Positions 24,226-38,771 of a stretch of DNA of 64,000 nt are shown here, piece after piece. Origin of the DNA: Cycas panzhihuaensis (lineage: Eukaryota > Plantae > Cycadophyta). Within the stretch, counting starts at the first letter, position 1; each line of letters begins with the position of its first letter. The DNA is taken from contig CM041465.1 in the NCBI GenBank assembly GCA_023213395.1, forward strand, positions 46,383,741-46,447,740. Reading direction: 5' to 3'. The position numbers were made by a program, and so were the translations under genes. Under the pieces are notes generated by a model that saw only the letters and a list, made by a program, of their open reading frames with translations, was not told where the DNA came from and searched no databases.

Positions 24226-24653
24226 TATTAGATTGTATAATATAAACTTATGTAATTATTTATGTCATATATCTAAAATAAAAATTAAGTCATTGTAATA
24301 TTTTTATCTTAGGTATATTTAATTAAACTTGTGGAAGGTCGTTGAATTTGTAAAACTGCATTTCAACAAACCTCCTTGGTACTTAACCTCCTAAATTCCT
24401 AGAACAGGTCAGCCAAGAATCTAGGAGGGCTATCCTAATGCCTCAAGGCTGGTCTATTTTATAGGTAGTTTCTTTACATGGTTTTATGTTCTATATTTTC
24501 ATTAATAAAATTAAATAACTTAGGAGGTGGTTTTTTCTTCCCCATAAGGGGTTTTCCCACCTGTCAATCTGTGTATATGTGCAGTGTTATTTGTTGCCTG
24601 TAATTGCACTGTGATCCTGTCATGATATTATTCATATGCCTATTTTTCCTACA
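24226..24653 (+). repeat. 3' LTR of Copia 1
   Basis: Follows the PPT, matches 17080-17512, followed by TSD ATCTC. Confidence 0.95.
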
Positions 24654-26369
24654 ATCTCATTGAATGATGGTATAACACTACCTATACTATACATTAGCTA
24701 AAATGATGCATTTTCAAGCATTTTATGTATACAAACCTCCATTGCTCCTCATATGGGTGAGTAACTCTAATATATCTATTGTACAAGATTAACAACAATA
24801 AATTGCTTTGACATTATAAATTTTGAAGAACAATCTTAAAAAAGTGTGATAAATATTGGCAATGGTCACTCATCAAGGCATGCTATATTAGTATTTATAG
24901 TGGGATCTTAATAGTCAACCTTGAGAACATTCATAAAGGAGATGGTACATTTGATCAATGTGGCTACATAGGAGAGGCAAAGATCCCTTAGATTGAAATA
25001 TGAAAACTTGAGCTTTAAGTGAAATCTTCATATGTTTCCCTAAAACCCTATAGTTACTAAGGTAAATAATGTAGTTAAAGTTCCTATTTTTATACCAATT
25101 CTAGGAGATCAAGGTAAATGAGGATGTTTTGTTAATAGGAACAAGAAACCATTGATATTCATTACAATATAAATATGTATACCTGTTTAAGCTACAAGAA
25201 CATTGTAGCTATATCCCAAGATCATGTTCCTATAATCTTAATTTGTACTTACTCCAATAATACTACAAATCCCCATTAAATCTAAAGGCCTACCTTGTTA
25301 ATCATAGAGAAGGGAAGGTACAAGTCTATAAGTTGCAATAACACTTTATTTGTTACAACTACTATGAGCCATAATTGAGCATAAAGTGGCTTAGGCCCCC
25401 TTCCTTAACAAGCTTACTTGTACAAATCTAGAAAAGTATTTGATAAAGGTAATTAAGTTTTTCTAAGGCTTCGAACATATAAACAATATACTTTGAAATA
25501 AGGAGGGAGATATAAATGACAACCATGATTTGATAGGCCTTATTAAATCTTCTAAAAGGTAGGAGAAGTAGCTAATCTACTTGATCTATTATCATCTAAT
25601 AAAGTATACAATATGTTCCATATTTCCTATTTTAAACCAAAGTTGGGATAAACTATAAAAATATAATTAAAATTTTTAAAATTAGATAATAAAAGGAATT
25701 TAATGATAAAACCTGAAGGCATCCTCCAAATTCAGACTAAACAACTTTATTCTAAGGAGATTCAAAAGTATTTGATTAAATGGATGAACCTTAACAAAGA
25801 AGACACCATATGAGAATATGAAAAATGGTACCAATAACATTCTCTCATCCTTATGATTTGATAACAAAGCATGTTATTAGGAGATGGGGGGGTGGAGGAG
25901 AGGACTTATATCATGTCTTTTCTCTCTATAAGAAACTAACTTCCTTTTTTCTAAAATTGACTTTCATTTGTGGTAAATATTACATGTAAATACTCTCTAT
26001 TTAAAAAATTAGATTCCTTTCTCCTAAAATCAACTTATATTCATGGATTTTATTACATCTATATAGGGACTTCTTGTCCCATTTGTAATCATTATTTTTA
26101 GAAGAGATTCAGGGCTACCATTTTCAACTCCTACTTGAAGACTGCAACTCAAGAACACCTCGTCTCAAAGAGGGTATTTTTTATAAAATTAAATATTTGT
26201 TATTTTCATTTGATACTAAGGACTATTTGGTGTATTTCTAGAGTTTTACTTTAGATTTGTACATCTGTGGATCTTTATTATTGTTGTAAATTACTTTTAA
26301 GTAGCATATACCTATGTCACTTCGTTGATTTTAGTGTGAATTTTGATTAGAGTTCCTACATGGTTTACC

Positions 26370-27960
26370 ATTGAATTAATCTTCTAAGACTATCTCATAG
26401 TAGTCTATTTAGCATGTATTAATAATTCAAATGTTTTACACCATGTAAGAATTATCCATGTAAAATCTCATAAATATTAGATTACCAACATGGCACCCTT
26501 GATCATGGTTACCAGCATAGTCCTTCAATTAGTATGTCATATTACCAACATAACACTTTCAGTCATAGTTATCGATAGAGTCTCTTAGTCATTCTATCAT
26601 ACCAACATAATATCTCTATGATGATTACTAGAAGAGTGCCCATAGCCATTAAATCTCACAATCTCAAAAAAGGATACATTATGAAACAATTCATTTCAAT
26701 AGATAAGTAGGATGAGTTTATAACACTCACACCCTTTCAAACATTGTACTTATTAATATAGTCTTGTGAGATTGAAATAAAAATTTACATATAGATTTAC
26801 GATACTTACTGATCAAGCTCCATACATGAGTTGAAGGTGATCAATGAAATGATATTATCCATAACAAATAGTCCACTTCAGAATTATAGTTTTGCGATAT
26901 GATTTTATATACCAAATAGTCCACACTAACCACTTTAGATCAATTGCCTAAGACTAGATTCAAGTTTCATGTTTATTCAATTATGGGAATGTAAAGAAAC
27001 TAATGCCATTATATTCGAATACCTCCCCTTTATCAACTTCATGAAACACATACTTAGAATTCAAATCTAATGCCTCCATAAATCATTTGGTTGCTTACTA
27101 GCTCTCTATGCCGTTTTTCCACACCAAAACTTGCACATATATCAAAACTCTCTTCCTACAAATGACTTGAGATGATTTTTGTAGGAAGCATAATGACTCC
27201 CTTTGTCTTTCTCCTCCCAAATTAGAAATTCCCTCCCCAACCATAAGTTGGTCCACTCTCCTCAATGCCATTACAACATATTAAAATATCTAGGCAAGGT
27301 TTTTGCAATAGTGACGACAATTATGGAATTTAATGAAACTATTAGTTGTTATTATGTTTGATCAACAATTGTTATTATGTTTGATCAACAAAAATATCTT
27401 CTTATGAAGGATTCCATAATAGTCTCAATTTACATAGGTATATAGATGCCTTCATTATAACCTTAGAAAGACTAGTTTGGCCTACATCTATTAATAAATA
27501 AGAAGGTTATGAGTGAAAAATATGAGGTTGTGTGCTTGGAAGCTCCTCACTCATAACCCTCTTTGTGAACTCCAACTTATAAGTAGTTATCATGTGTCAT
27601 GTATTAATTGGTTTCATGACTGAACCACTTGCAAACTTTTCATTCTTTTATATTTGCACATACTTGTGAGGTCTTTTTCTTATGAGGCCCCTCGATGCTC
27701 ATTGTATATATAAGTCTAATAGTGATATTTCTATCGCAATTCACTTCTCCACACTCGCAAACTTTTAACTCCTCCCTCAAGTATCTTCTTATAGTTTCAT
27801 TCAATGTGAGTTATAAGTTAAAGAATCATGCTTCTCAACTCATGCACACAACCTTTAACACATAACAACTACCTTTCTCCTTCACAACTGACATGTTAAG
27901 AGTTGTGAATAATCTAAAAAAACTTACATTTCTACAACTTCTCTCTTTATATCCTCTAGT
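26370..27960. repeat. Old non-coding dispersed repeat, copy 1 (possibly part of a long LTR)
   Basis: Colinear and strongly diverged match to 46920-48450 plus 59183-59230. Both copies contain short subrepeats of the ctcttagtcatggttac type. Confidence 0.8.
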
Positions 27961-30029
27961 GAATGTTACATTTGTGATGTGGAAGTTGTACAATGTGGAT
28001 TGCCCACTTATGAATCTTCTAACTCATGAGTACTCCCCCTTGTGACTTCTCACTTGCAAATCTATGAGACACGAAATTGTCAGGACTTATAGATGTTATG
28101 GCTTGACAACTCAACTTCAATTGCCCAAATCTCTTGTACCTAATGTCTATTTTTGGGCTTCCACCACTCATTTTAAAGTTAGTATTGATTTCTTTAATGT
28201 GGTGTACTTTTTTCAAATAGATTGTAATTTAAACATAAAATATAATATACTAAATAAGTCATACATGTTTTGATATATATATCTACTTCTCTTACAATGT
28301 TTTCCCCTTTATTTTTTTCTCATTCATATCATGTGCTCCTTTATATAATACTATCCTATATGAGTAATTTAATTTCCTTTCTATAATAGAGGGAACATCA
28401 AAATAATTTACAAGATTATAAGTATTAGAGTGCATTCATACATGAATAGAAAGGCTTTAGCCTTGGATATACTCCTATAAACTGAATAATACAGTTGATG
28501 GATCCTTACACCTAATGGAGTGTAGAATAAGTATCCATATTAAAATAGGATGTTCTATGCTAATAAAAAAAAAAAAATGCATCTTTAATGTGTTCAGCAT
28601 ATCCCAAGTATTCTAAATTTGGGATCTTACATTACCTTTCCATTTTCAAAAATATCATCCTTAATGTGTGTAGGGCATTCATATAAAATAGAATTGATAA
28701 CATTTACAATAAAATATCTCTAAATTGTTATGATTTAGAAAAAATATACCATATTCATATAATAGATTTCCACCTTAAGCATAAATTAAATCATCCATAG
28801 AACAATATCAAAAATCACTATAGTAACATGTAATAATAATAATGTAATAACCTAATAAAATATCCAACAATAGTAATACCCTCTTTGAGATGAGGGATGT
28901 CCTTTAATTTTTCATAGTGCTTCCTAATTGTGTAAGGCCATTAGTCTAGAAATATTAAATTCTCTAAGATGCTTAAAAATGACTAAGGCTTCTTTATTTA
29001 TAGCCCTCTTTTTCTCTCTATAAACCATCTCCTAACTCTCTCTCCTAAAAATACCAACTTCATATAAAAAATATACATTAAATAATTATTCCTTTATATT
29101 CCTTAAAACTGACTTCATCTATTTCTTCTAACTTTTCGATTGTAATAACTCTCCCCTCCTTGAAATACTTTATAATTAAAATATAGGTAATTGTGTGTGG
29201 AACTTGTTTGGTCTAACTTTGACCAATGGTTCTAGTTGTCACTTGCTAATTTTTTAATGTTATAAAAATAGGGTTTAATCTTATGGATTTTACTGACAAG
29301 TGACTTTAATTTATAGATGCTTATTCCTCGGACTAGGTACATGTTATATCCTATATTGAAGTGATCTTATAACCTATATGGTGCTTTTGATGCTTGGCCT
29401 TAAATATTGTTTTGTGTTTATACATTTCATTCTCAAATAACATGACTCATGGAATAAGAGGAGATGAGAATACTAAGAAATTTTGTATGGAAAGTTATGA
29501 TGTAGTTTTGGAAGTCTAAAGAAGAATTGATCATAAGGATCATGAATAGATGCGTGGCTAGTATAATAGGGAGTGGGAGAAATGGGGTTCTAAGAGATGA
29601 TCAACCATGGATTTGAAGGCATAGAAAATAAAGATGATTGTTAATATCTCGAATCTCTAGGTTCGTACTAGGAAGAGAAGGATAAGGAAAGTTATAATTC
29701 AATTGATCCGTACATAATTCACATGATTTACACCATATACATACAAATAGTCACATCATGGACATGTAACGAAGCATCACATAATGTACACAATATTAAT
29801 TATATTATATCAAAACAAGATATACAAGAGTTAGATATGATTGTCTAAATCAAGTTCAAAACCATCTGCTAGGGCTAGGATGTGCCACGTCACATATCCC
29901 CCATTTGCCTGTATTACATAGATATACATATTTGAACCATCATATATCATTTGATAACTAACTTGAACTAATTCTATTTTGATGACATCATTAACAAAAT
30001 TTATGTATAACATCTATCCCCCCCCTTTT

Positions 30030-31950
30030 TAGTCCCAAGCATCTCGCTCAGGGTTTGCTGCTTGATCTGGAATAAGAGTTGTGTCTAAAGCTAAAGTAGT
30101 AGGTGTATTTGAAACTTCACCTGGGGCTGGCCTTGAAGATTCCCTAGAATAAAGTGGGTCTAATCCTACCTTTTGATGTCATTTCTGGTTCTCATGACTT
30201 ACTAATTCAGTGCACTGAAGCACTTGTTGTCGACATGCTTTTTCTTCTTTGATTTGGCTTGTTAATTCCTTAATTTACTGCTATGAGATTTAGAACTGTT
30301 TTTCATTCTAATGACAATGTTCTTATGAAATTCAAAGTCATTCTTAATTGTAGTGAAGGTGATCTTCTAATGCATTGATCCATTGTACATGATGAATCTC
30401 TTTATTGTATATTTCCTCATTCGCTTTCAATAACTGATTATACTCCTTCTCTTTCTTATGTAATAACTCTTCCATTTCGTAAGCTAACTTCTTTACTTAT
30501 TGTATATCTTTTTATAACTATTTAAAATCATCTTTCATTATCTTCAAAAAGGATTCTTGTGCTTGTAGTACTATTTAATATGTAGTGATAGGGTTTATTA
30601 CTCTTTCACCATTCCCTGGTTCTAGTGGATTTTCTTACTGTGGCATCATGACCCCTACACTTTCTACTCACATCAGTTCACATCTCGCAGCTTCACTATT
30701 AATAGTAGGAGATGCTAGAATATTTAAATTTGGTACAATATCTATGTCTTCTTCTTCTCTTATAGGTATAGACTCATTGTCTTTGTCTAGTTCATCATCC
30801 TCCCCTCCACTTAAACTAAAGTCTAAGTAATTCACTACATAGTCTTCATCTGAATTATCTGAATCAATTGAGGTATCTGATGATTCATCTATTCCATGCA
30901 CCATTACAAGTTTGCACTTCTTCTACTTATTTCTAACATCCCTTTGAATCTTTGGTCGATTCTTCTTTGGCATGGAATCCTTATGGAATGTGACAAGTAA
31001 TGAAATAGTCAGGCTCGTAGCTACCCCTGGTAGGTGAAACTTCTCATAACATAACCCAAGTAAATATAGGGTAAAATTAAAACTTGATTGTATTCCTATA
31101 ATAAGCTGGTGTAGAGGTGTTTTCATCTTCTTTTAAATAAAAGCTAACCAATTATACATTATTCCCTTCATGAGCCTCTGCAAATAGAAAGTCATCCACC
31201 ATGGTAGTGCACTGCAACATTGTTCCCCTAATAATCTCATACACATAAGAACTACAACCACCATAATATTTGTGTTCTTCAAGTGAGTTACCAGAATTCT
31301 ACATCCACTATGCTTAGTATAAAATTCTTCTATATATTGTCTGAATGATTTGATCCTTCATTAATGTTATTAAATTCCTTAGTTTCTTGACTTCCCGTCC
31401 CTCCTTAGGGAACCCTATCAATCTGGTTATGTGCTCTAACTCCATGCTTATAATTTTATCATTAATTATTAGAACTTGATCTACCAGGTTATATCCTTGT
31501 AATATATCCTATAGCTTCTTGGAATTCTTAGAAAAAAATAGAAATGATGATGCCTGAACAACTTTGGCACTTGTTAATTACCCTCATAATAAAGCATTAT
31601 GATCTTCGACTTCAAGTTCTACCCATTTCTAGAGTATTGGGGAATCAAGTAATTTCCACCTAATTTATCAACCCCCAATCTCAAATGGTGACTCCATATC
31701 AATTTCTTCTTTAGTCACTTTCTCTAACAATTCTATGAATGATATAATAGTCTAGGGAAATCTAGCAAATCCTAACATTGTTGTTGTCCTCTACCCTGTG
31801 AATAAACTACAATCCAAATTTGAATGTTGGCTCTTTGACTATGAATGCTGGTTGCTATTCGCTGACTACTAACATTAGCTCCTTAGTTTCAATCATTGGC
31901 TCCTTAAATAGTAGGAGAGGCTACTTATGCCAATAGCTCTCCTCTCGTTC
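30030..31950 (-). pseudogene. Extra 3' ORF of Gypsy A2
   Basis: ORF fragments 30923-31126 and acidic 30668-30904; homologous to 1060-2970. Confidence 0.7.
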
Positions 31951-32251
31951 ACATATATAAGGGGGAAGGGCAATTTTAGCCCATGGTTTTACCCTTAACC
32001 ATGGGCAAAAACCATGGGCTACCTATGGTTTTGCCCATAACCATGGGATACTTATGGTTTTTGCCCATGGTTTTGGGCAAACCATGGGCCCATGGTTGAT
32101 CGGCCGTCAGTGGCCAGTCAATCAACCACGATAGATGGCCAGTCATCGTTCAACTAATCGGCCACTATTATTCAACCGTCATTTTTTTTTTTACCACTAT
32201 ACTTCTCTCTTTCATTTTCTTTTTCTTTTTTCTTTTTTTTATTACAACTAT

Positions 32252-32254
<3 letters not shown>

Positions 32255-32306
<52 letters not shown>
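32255..32306. repeat. (CT)n microsatellite
   Basis: Directly visible. Confidence 0.98.
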
Positions 32307-32310
<4 letters not shown>

Positions 32311-32509
32311 TATATATAACAACTACATTTCTCCCTTTTATTTTTTACATAAATAATTATACTTTTTCTCTCTCTTATCTTTTTTTAAAATTTAAAATGA
32401 CTATATTATGTTTCTTTAGTACAATATTAGAAAATGGTTTCAAAAGAGAGATCATCATTTTTGTGTGGCATTAGCACCATGTAGTCCCTCCTGCTTATGA
32501 TGCATGATA

Positions 32510-35500
32510 GTTATCCCTAGTGATAGCTACTTGGAACCTTTGCTTAGGCTTGGTGATTAGGGTGGTCACAATGTTGATACTCTTGTCTAATTTGGTTGTA
32601 CTTATATAATTTGAGTTTCGATCCATTGACCACCATTAATTATTTATCCTCGTTGATATGTATTATCTCCATTAAGCCATTTAAGAAGATTCTTTTGACT
32701 AAAAATAGTTTGAGCTAGCAAACCTTACACTTATAAGGTTTTATGTAGTATTTACCATTGTATTGAAGAACTAAATCTCCTTCTTTAAATATTTTTGGAT
32801 GTAATTTCTTGTCATGCCATCCTTTCCTCCATTGCTATATTGCATTCATAACCCATTGTGCCTATTATCATTTTTCTTCAAGGTTAAGAATAGCTTCTAA
32901 TCATTGCTAGAGACTCATTTCATCTAGCCATCTTTGTTAAAACGTGACCCTTAGACTTGGTACTATAAATTCTATAAGGAGTATTGCTTTAGTCCCATAA
33001 ACTAACTTAAATGGTGTATGACCTATTGAAGTTTTGTAAGCCATTCTAAAAGCCCATAATATTAAATGTAGGTATTCCACCTAGTCACTTCTGTTTGTAT
33101 TATATAACTTTGTTAACATTGTTACTATTATTTTATTACTTGACTCGGCTTGTTCGTTTGCCCATCAGTAGTAAGGTGTCGATTTATGATGTGTAATCAT
33201 AAACTCTTGAGTTAAATAATAAATTGTTTCATTTATAAAATATGTTCCCCTATTGCTTACCAATTCCAAGGGACATCCAAATCTTATGATAATATTTTCA
33301 TATAGAAATACTATTATACTACATGTGAAATTATCCTTAAGTGCCTTTGCCTTGATTCATTTTGTAAGGTAATCCATTACTACTATAATGTATTTCATCT
33401 AAGTTATTTATACCACATGTTTGAAAGGCCCAATGAATTCTAACCCCCATCACTCAAAAACTTCTTAAGCCAATGATGGTTGCAAAGACATAAAATTATA
33501 TTTGAGTGGTCATCCTATTCATTGACAGTTATTACACTTTGATACAAATTCTTTTATATCCTTATACAATTATGGCCACCATAATCTTGATATCAATATT
33601 CTTTTGGCCATACTTTTAAGGCCTAAATGACCACCTATGATTCTATTATGGGCTTCACTAAGTATCGCTAGTATTTCTTCATCCATTACACAACATCTTA
33701 GAATGAAATCTTTCCCTAGTTTATATATAAGTACTCCTATTAGTTGATAAGGTGCAACTTTCTTTATCAACTCTTTTCATTATTGTGAAGGCATATTGGT
33801 GGGAAAAGAACTCGAACTAAGATATCTTGTTATATCCTTATAGGTTGGAGGTGATATGATTCCTTGGAAAAGTTCTACATTTGGAAAATTATCTTTTATG
33901 CTAGAAGGTTCTTCTCCTATTTGAATTCTCGATAAATGATTAGTAGTAACATGGGTATGTATTGGTTAAACTACTATTCTAAAGTCAAACTCTGATAGCA
34001 ACAATAGCCATAGACTTATCGTTCCTTGTATTATAAGCTTATTGATTATATATAAAAGGGCTTGGTGATCAACAAGGAATACAAAAGGGTTTGCTAACAA
34101 GTAATGTCAAAATTTTTGTACTGCATAGATCATTCCTAATGCTTCCCTCTCTATAGTTGAATAATTATTTTCTACTTTATTTAAATATCTACTGGAAAAA
34201 TAAATGGGTAAGTCTAATTTATGACTTCCTTCTTGAGCAAGTATGCACCCAATTATGATTTACGACATGTCTACATAAACATGGAATTCTTTGTTCCAGT
34301 CTAGGTGGGCTAATATTAGAGCTATAATAAGTCTGTTTCTAAGGTGGTCGAAAGTTGTTTGGTACTCATCTCCCCAAGTGAAATTTATATCTTTCCTTAA
34401 TAATTCTTCTAAGGGGTGTGCAATATAAGTAAATCCCTTTATAAACTGATGATAATACCTTATGTGTCCAAGAAAGATTTACACCTCCGTGTTGTTTAAT
34501 GGTGGTGCTAATTTCATAATAACTCTAATTTTATCTGCATCTATTTTCAATCTATGGGCACATATAGTGTGGCCTAATAATTTCCCATATGAAACCAAAA
34601 ACTAATATTTCTCCAAATTTAGTGATAATTTTATTTTCTGATAGATCTCCAAATATTCTATTAATAATGGTAGGTGGTTTTCGGTATTACCATATATAGA
34701 CCAATCATCTAGAAATACTTTTACTGACTTCCAGGATAATTGGTCAAACATGAGCATGATTATTTATTGAAAGGTAGTAGGTGCATTGCACAAACCAAAT
34801 GGCATCCCATTGTAGGCAAATATTCTAGTTTAAGTAATGAAAATAGTTTTCAATTTGTCTTTTTCTACGATATTGATTTGATTATATCCCAAAAACCCAT
34901 CTAAGAATGAATATACCTCGTGTCCTGCCACTTCTTCTAATATCGTATCGGTAAATGGTATAGGAAATAGGTCCTTACAAGTTACTTCATTTAATTTTTT
35001 ATAATCTACACAGATGCATAATTTCCTATTTTTCTTAGGAACTACCACTATTGGAGATACCCAGTCGCTAGTCTCAACCTTAAATATAATATACACATCT
35101 AGCATTTTCTTAGTTTCGACATCTACTTATTCTGTATATTTGGGATTCATTCTGTATGGTCTATGTTTTATGGGTTTTGATCCTAGTATTAGTTCAATTT
35201 TATGCTTATATAATTATTTTGGTATTTCTTTTAGATCCTTCTATGTTCAGGCAAAAACATCCTTGTATTTTATAAAAATTTTCATTGTTGCTACTACTAA
35301 CATTAGATCCCATGTTTTTCCTAACATAATTATTTGCTTGCTCTTTTTATTTCCCAAATTTGTAAGTTGTTATGGTACTTCTTCATAACAGATTTCATTT
35401 TGAAATCTATGTGCTAGATCTTGTGATATTATTTGATTTCCTTTAGTAATCTCATAGAAGTATTCTGGATATTCAAGTTATTCATTAATATTTTGTATAT

Positions 35501-38100
35501 GATAAATAGTTGCATTGTTGAGAACATAAAAATATTTTATATTCTTGCTATTGCTAATGAAATAATCTACTATTTGAGTCTAATTCATCTTCAGAACATG
35601 CATCCAAGTATAAAACACCTTCAATAGGTTCACATATATTATCATGGTTAAATATTGTACTTAGAGGATGTTTCTCTTTAGTATTGTTAGTACAACCATT
35701 CTTATCAACGTCAATATCATTATCATCAGATGAACTAGAATCTACTAATTCTTTGATTATAGTATGATAATTAAGATTAATTAGTTACTTCTTCCCCTTT
35801 TGTTTAATTGTTAATATGTTACGTCCCCAATTCTAGAGTTCATGTGCATTTCGTAACCAAGGTCTACCTAATAGGGCATCATAAGGTGGAGGTGTTTCAT
35901 CAATCATAGTTATTACAACAAAATCTATTACAAACTCTTGATTTCCCAATTTTATTTACTGTGCTCACATCATCCATAGTACTATGTTGATCATCTAGTT
36001 GTAACTAAAATGTAGGAGGCCATAGTTTAGGTCTACTAATTGCTTCCCAAGTTGTAATTGGAATAATGTTTACTACAACCCCACCATCAATCACTATCTT
36101 TTCCAATATGTACCCTAGTATATTCATTGAAATAATTATGTCCTAATCGATCCTAAGAGATCTTACATGACGATATTCTATGTGGGGTTGTTGCATGGGA
36201 GCTCTACATTCTTTTACTGACATTCTCTCTATTCTTGTTATCTTGATTTGCCATATGTAGTCCTCGAATGTTTGTAGTAGAAGCCCATCATTCTCGAGTA
36301 ATGCTAACAATTTGATTGTTATCTCTTTTTGTAGGAGTTATTCTATAATTGAGGTAATAATATCCTTATATATTGTATCATCTTTTATTGTTGTTGTTGA
36401 TTTCATCAATCCACTTTCTATTGGTTCAGCGAGCTGTGGCTTGGTCAAACTTACATCGTGCTCCTATTTTTATAATGTTTATACCAACTTTGTAGCTTGA
36501 CTCAAGAGTTCTTTTCCATTCTGAGGGTTAGGATATATTGATTGCTTAGGCCTTCTTGTATGCACCACATATGTTGGTAATGGTTGTACTTCCTCTGTCA
36601 TTACTCCTACAAGGTTGACATTTTTATTTTGTTACTTCATGCAATGGTTATCATCATGGTCACCTGGTTCACACCATAGATATAGTGTAGAGCCATTATT
36701 TTCTAGATTGGGATAGTCTCTATTAGAGTGCCCCTATAATTTGCACTGAAATCATTGTACCATCAGTTGGCCTTAAGCATCTCATTGTACTGGTCATCCT
36801 CCGTGCCCCCTTCTAAAAGGTGGTTTATTTATTTCTTGCTGAGTAAAGAAGACATCTCGTTCTTATCTTCTGCATGCCTGAACATTGAATTTGCATTCGT
36901 CAGTATCATGATTACTCATTTTACATATATAGTAGTATTTGAATCCCTGATTGTCTGGACACTCTAACTCCAAGTGGCCTTCTGTATGAAACTTTTCACA
37001 CCATATGTGACATCATTCTTTCAGTTGATTTTGTGTAAAATCTTTAAACATCCTCATAAAATCTTCCCTAAGTGCTTATATGGAAGATTTGTCTCTTATT
37101 TTCATGTCACTTATCTTTTCTTGGTGCCATGCCTCTACTTTCTCTTCGATTTCAAGACTCATTACTCAGTCTATTACTTCTTGATATGATGCAAGTAGAA
37201 TGACTCATAACTTCCTTCTATATTTCAGAAGTAATCCTTCTAGAAACCATCTTTTTCTCAGTGCATCCATCACTTCACTTTCCATTTCCTTTATTAGACT
37301 TTTTATCTTTGTGTTATAACTTCTTATTGTTTCCTTGGGTTCTTGCTTTAGGTTGTAAATTTGATTTACCACCTTACTATCATCTCACAAAAGTCTGAAT
37401 TCCTTTTTAAATGCTTTGTGTAGGGAAGCCCAAATTTTAAAATGTCTTTTGAATTCCTTGAACCAGTGGTTTACAACGTCTTGCAGTATGGCTAGAAATG
37501 ATTGTACCTAAATATCTTTGTCAATCTTGCCATTGACCATCCATATTATTTTGTATACATTATAATGTCAAGTTGGATCCTCGTTTACCTTCCCATTGAA
37601 TATTGGCAATTTCTACTTCGCTCCTCCTTTCCTTGTTGTGGATGATGTCACCATTGTTATTGTTGCTACTTCCAATGACTTTGTTGGTGTTTTTACATGA
37701 TTAAGTTGTTGTATTCTTCGTTATCAAAATCCATCTATAGGATTCTTCTTCTTTCTCTGTTCATAATAATTTTTGAATCTTACATTTTTTTATCTTCAGA
37801 CTGGGCTATTATTCTTGATCTTGATCTTGTATGCCACTTTCTCCTTTTCACATAAACTCAAATATGTAGAAGCTTCCTCAATCTCCCTTAAGTTTGCATT
37901 CAAATTGTATTTCTATTTCTAAGTTTACCAAACTTCCCATCCTTTTTCAATTATCGACTAATCAATCTATGTTAATGCTCTTAACTTTTGTTATTTTAAT
38001 GTATGCAACCAATCAAATCATCTTAATTATACTGATTGGTTCTTTTCTTGCCAAAATATGTATGTTTCTTATTCTATGCCGTGCATTAAATCAAAGGTAT
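32510..38100 (-). pseudogene. gag-pol: Decayed gag-pol of Gypsy A2
   Basis: RT fragment 34830-35105, integrase HHCC fragment 33570-33770, gag ~37250-37620. Start is approximate. Confidence 0.9.
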
Positions 38101-38345
38101 TTGATGATATTCACAAGCATTACTAGTTCTTGGATGACAATATCATCAAGATACTACTCGATGCTGCCTTTTCACAACAAATAAGATTTCAACTAGAGTA
38201 TGATCCTAAAATCTTCTTCAGACCACTACATGAGATTTAATTTACCTAGTGCAGCATGTTTCCCAAAATGATTATGGATCATCATCTATTTTTATCTTAT
38301 CTTCCTCATCTTTCCCTTCATTCCTAGGTCATCAACAATACTAGA

Positions 38346-38617
38346 TGTTAATCTCTCAAATATATGGGTTCATACTAGGAAGAGAAGGATAGGGAAAGTT
38401 ACAATTCACTTAATCCATACCCAATTCATACCATTTACACCATATACATACAAATAATCAAAGCATAGATATGTAATAAAGCACCATATAATGTACATAA
38501 TATTACTTATATTATATCAAAACAAGATATATAAGAGTTAAAAATGATCATCCAAGGCAAGTTCAAAATCATTCACTAGGGCCAGGATGTACCACATCGC
38601 ATATCCCCTATTTGCCC

Positions 38618-38690
<73 letters not shown>

Positions 38691-38771
38691 TTGAATTGTC
38701 ATATGTTATTTAATAACTAGCTTAAACTAATTCCTTTTTTATGACATCATTAACAAAATCAATGCCTAACA
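38346..38771 (-). repeat. 5' LTR of Gypsy A2, containing a (TA)n expansion at ~38623-38684
   Basis: Matches 29639-30012 and 656-1040. Confidence 0.93.

Larger units (their letters stand above)
17080..24653 (+). mobile_element. Full-length Ty1/Copia LTR retrotransposon (Copia 1), TSD ATCTC
   Basis: LTRs 17080-17512 and 24226-24653. PBS TGGTATCAGAG (tRNA-iMet) at 17513. PPT aaaggggga at ~24217-24225. ATCTC at 17075-17079 and 24654-24658. Confidence 0.97.
15900..26360 (+). mobile_element. Gypsy C, chromovirus remnant (RH-INT-chromodomain, PPT, probable 3' LTR ~25908-26360), interrupted by Copia 1
   Basis: IYDKKILTIM...QYLL (~16045), MNFIVSLPKLEG...LTKHAYF (~16705), E*WYNTTY resuming at 24660, PEGILQ...KYLIKWMNL..EDTI*E chromodomain (~25710-25820), G-rich PPT ~25880-25905. 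Outer boundaries are approximate. Confidence 0.75.
29639..38771 (-). mobile_element. Complete Ty3/Gypsy non-chromovirus element, copy A2, TSD ATGAT
   Basis: LTRs 29639-30012 and 38346-38771 (TG...CA). ATGAT at 29634-29638 and 38772-38776. PPT 30013-30030. Gag (KLPIFNGKVNEDPT), PR, RT, RH, INT and an extra 3' ORF. PBS too decayed to assign. Confidence 0.96.

Noticed and set aside
32135-32356. ORF with an SLSLSL run
   Set aside because: It is a translation of the (CT)n microsatellite.
38325-38343. tRNA-Asp-type PBS for Gypsy A2
   Set aside because: TAGTATTGTTG could derive from TGGCGCCGTTG by transitions, but this needs five changes and the following bases do not fit.
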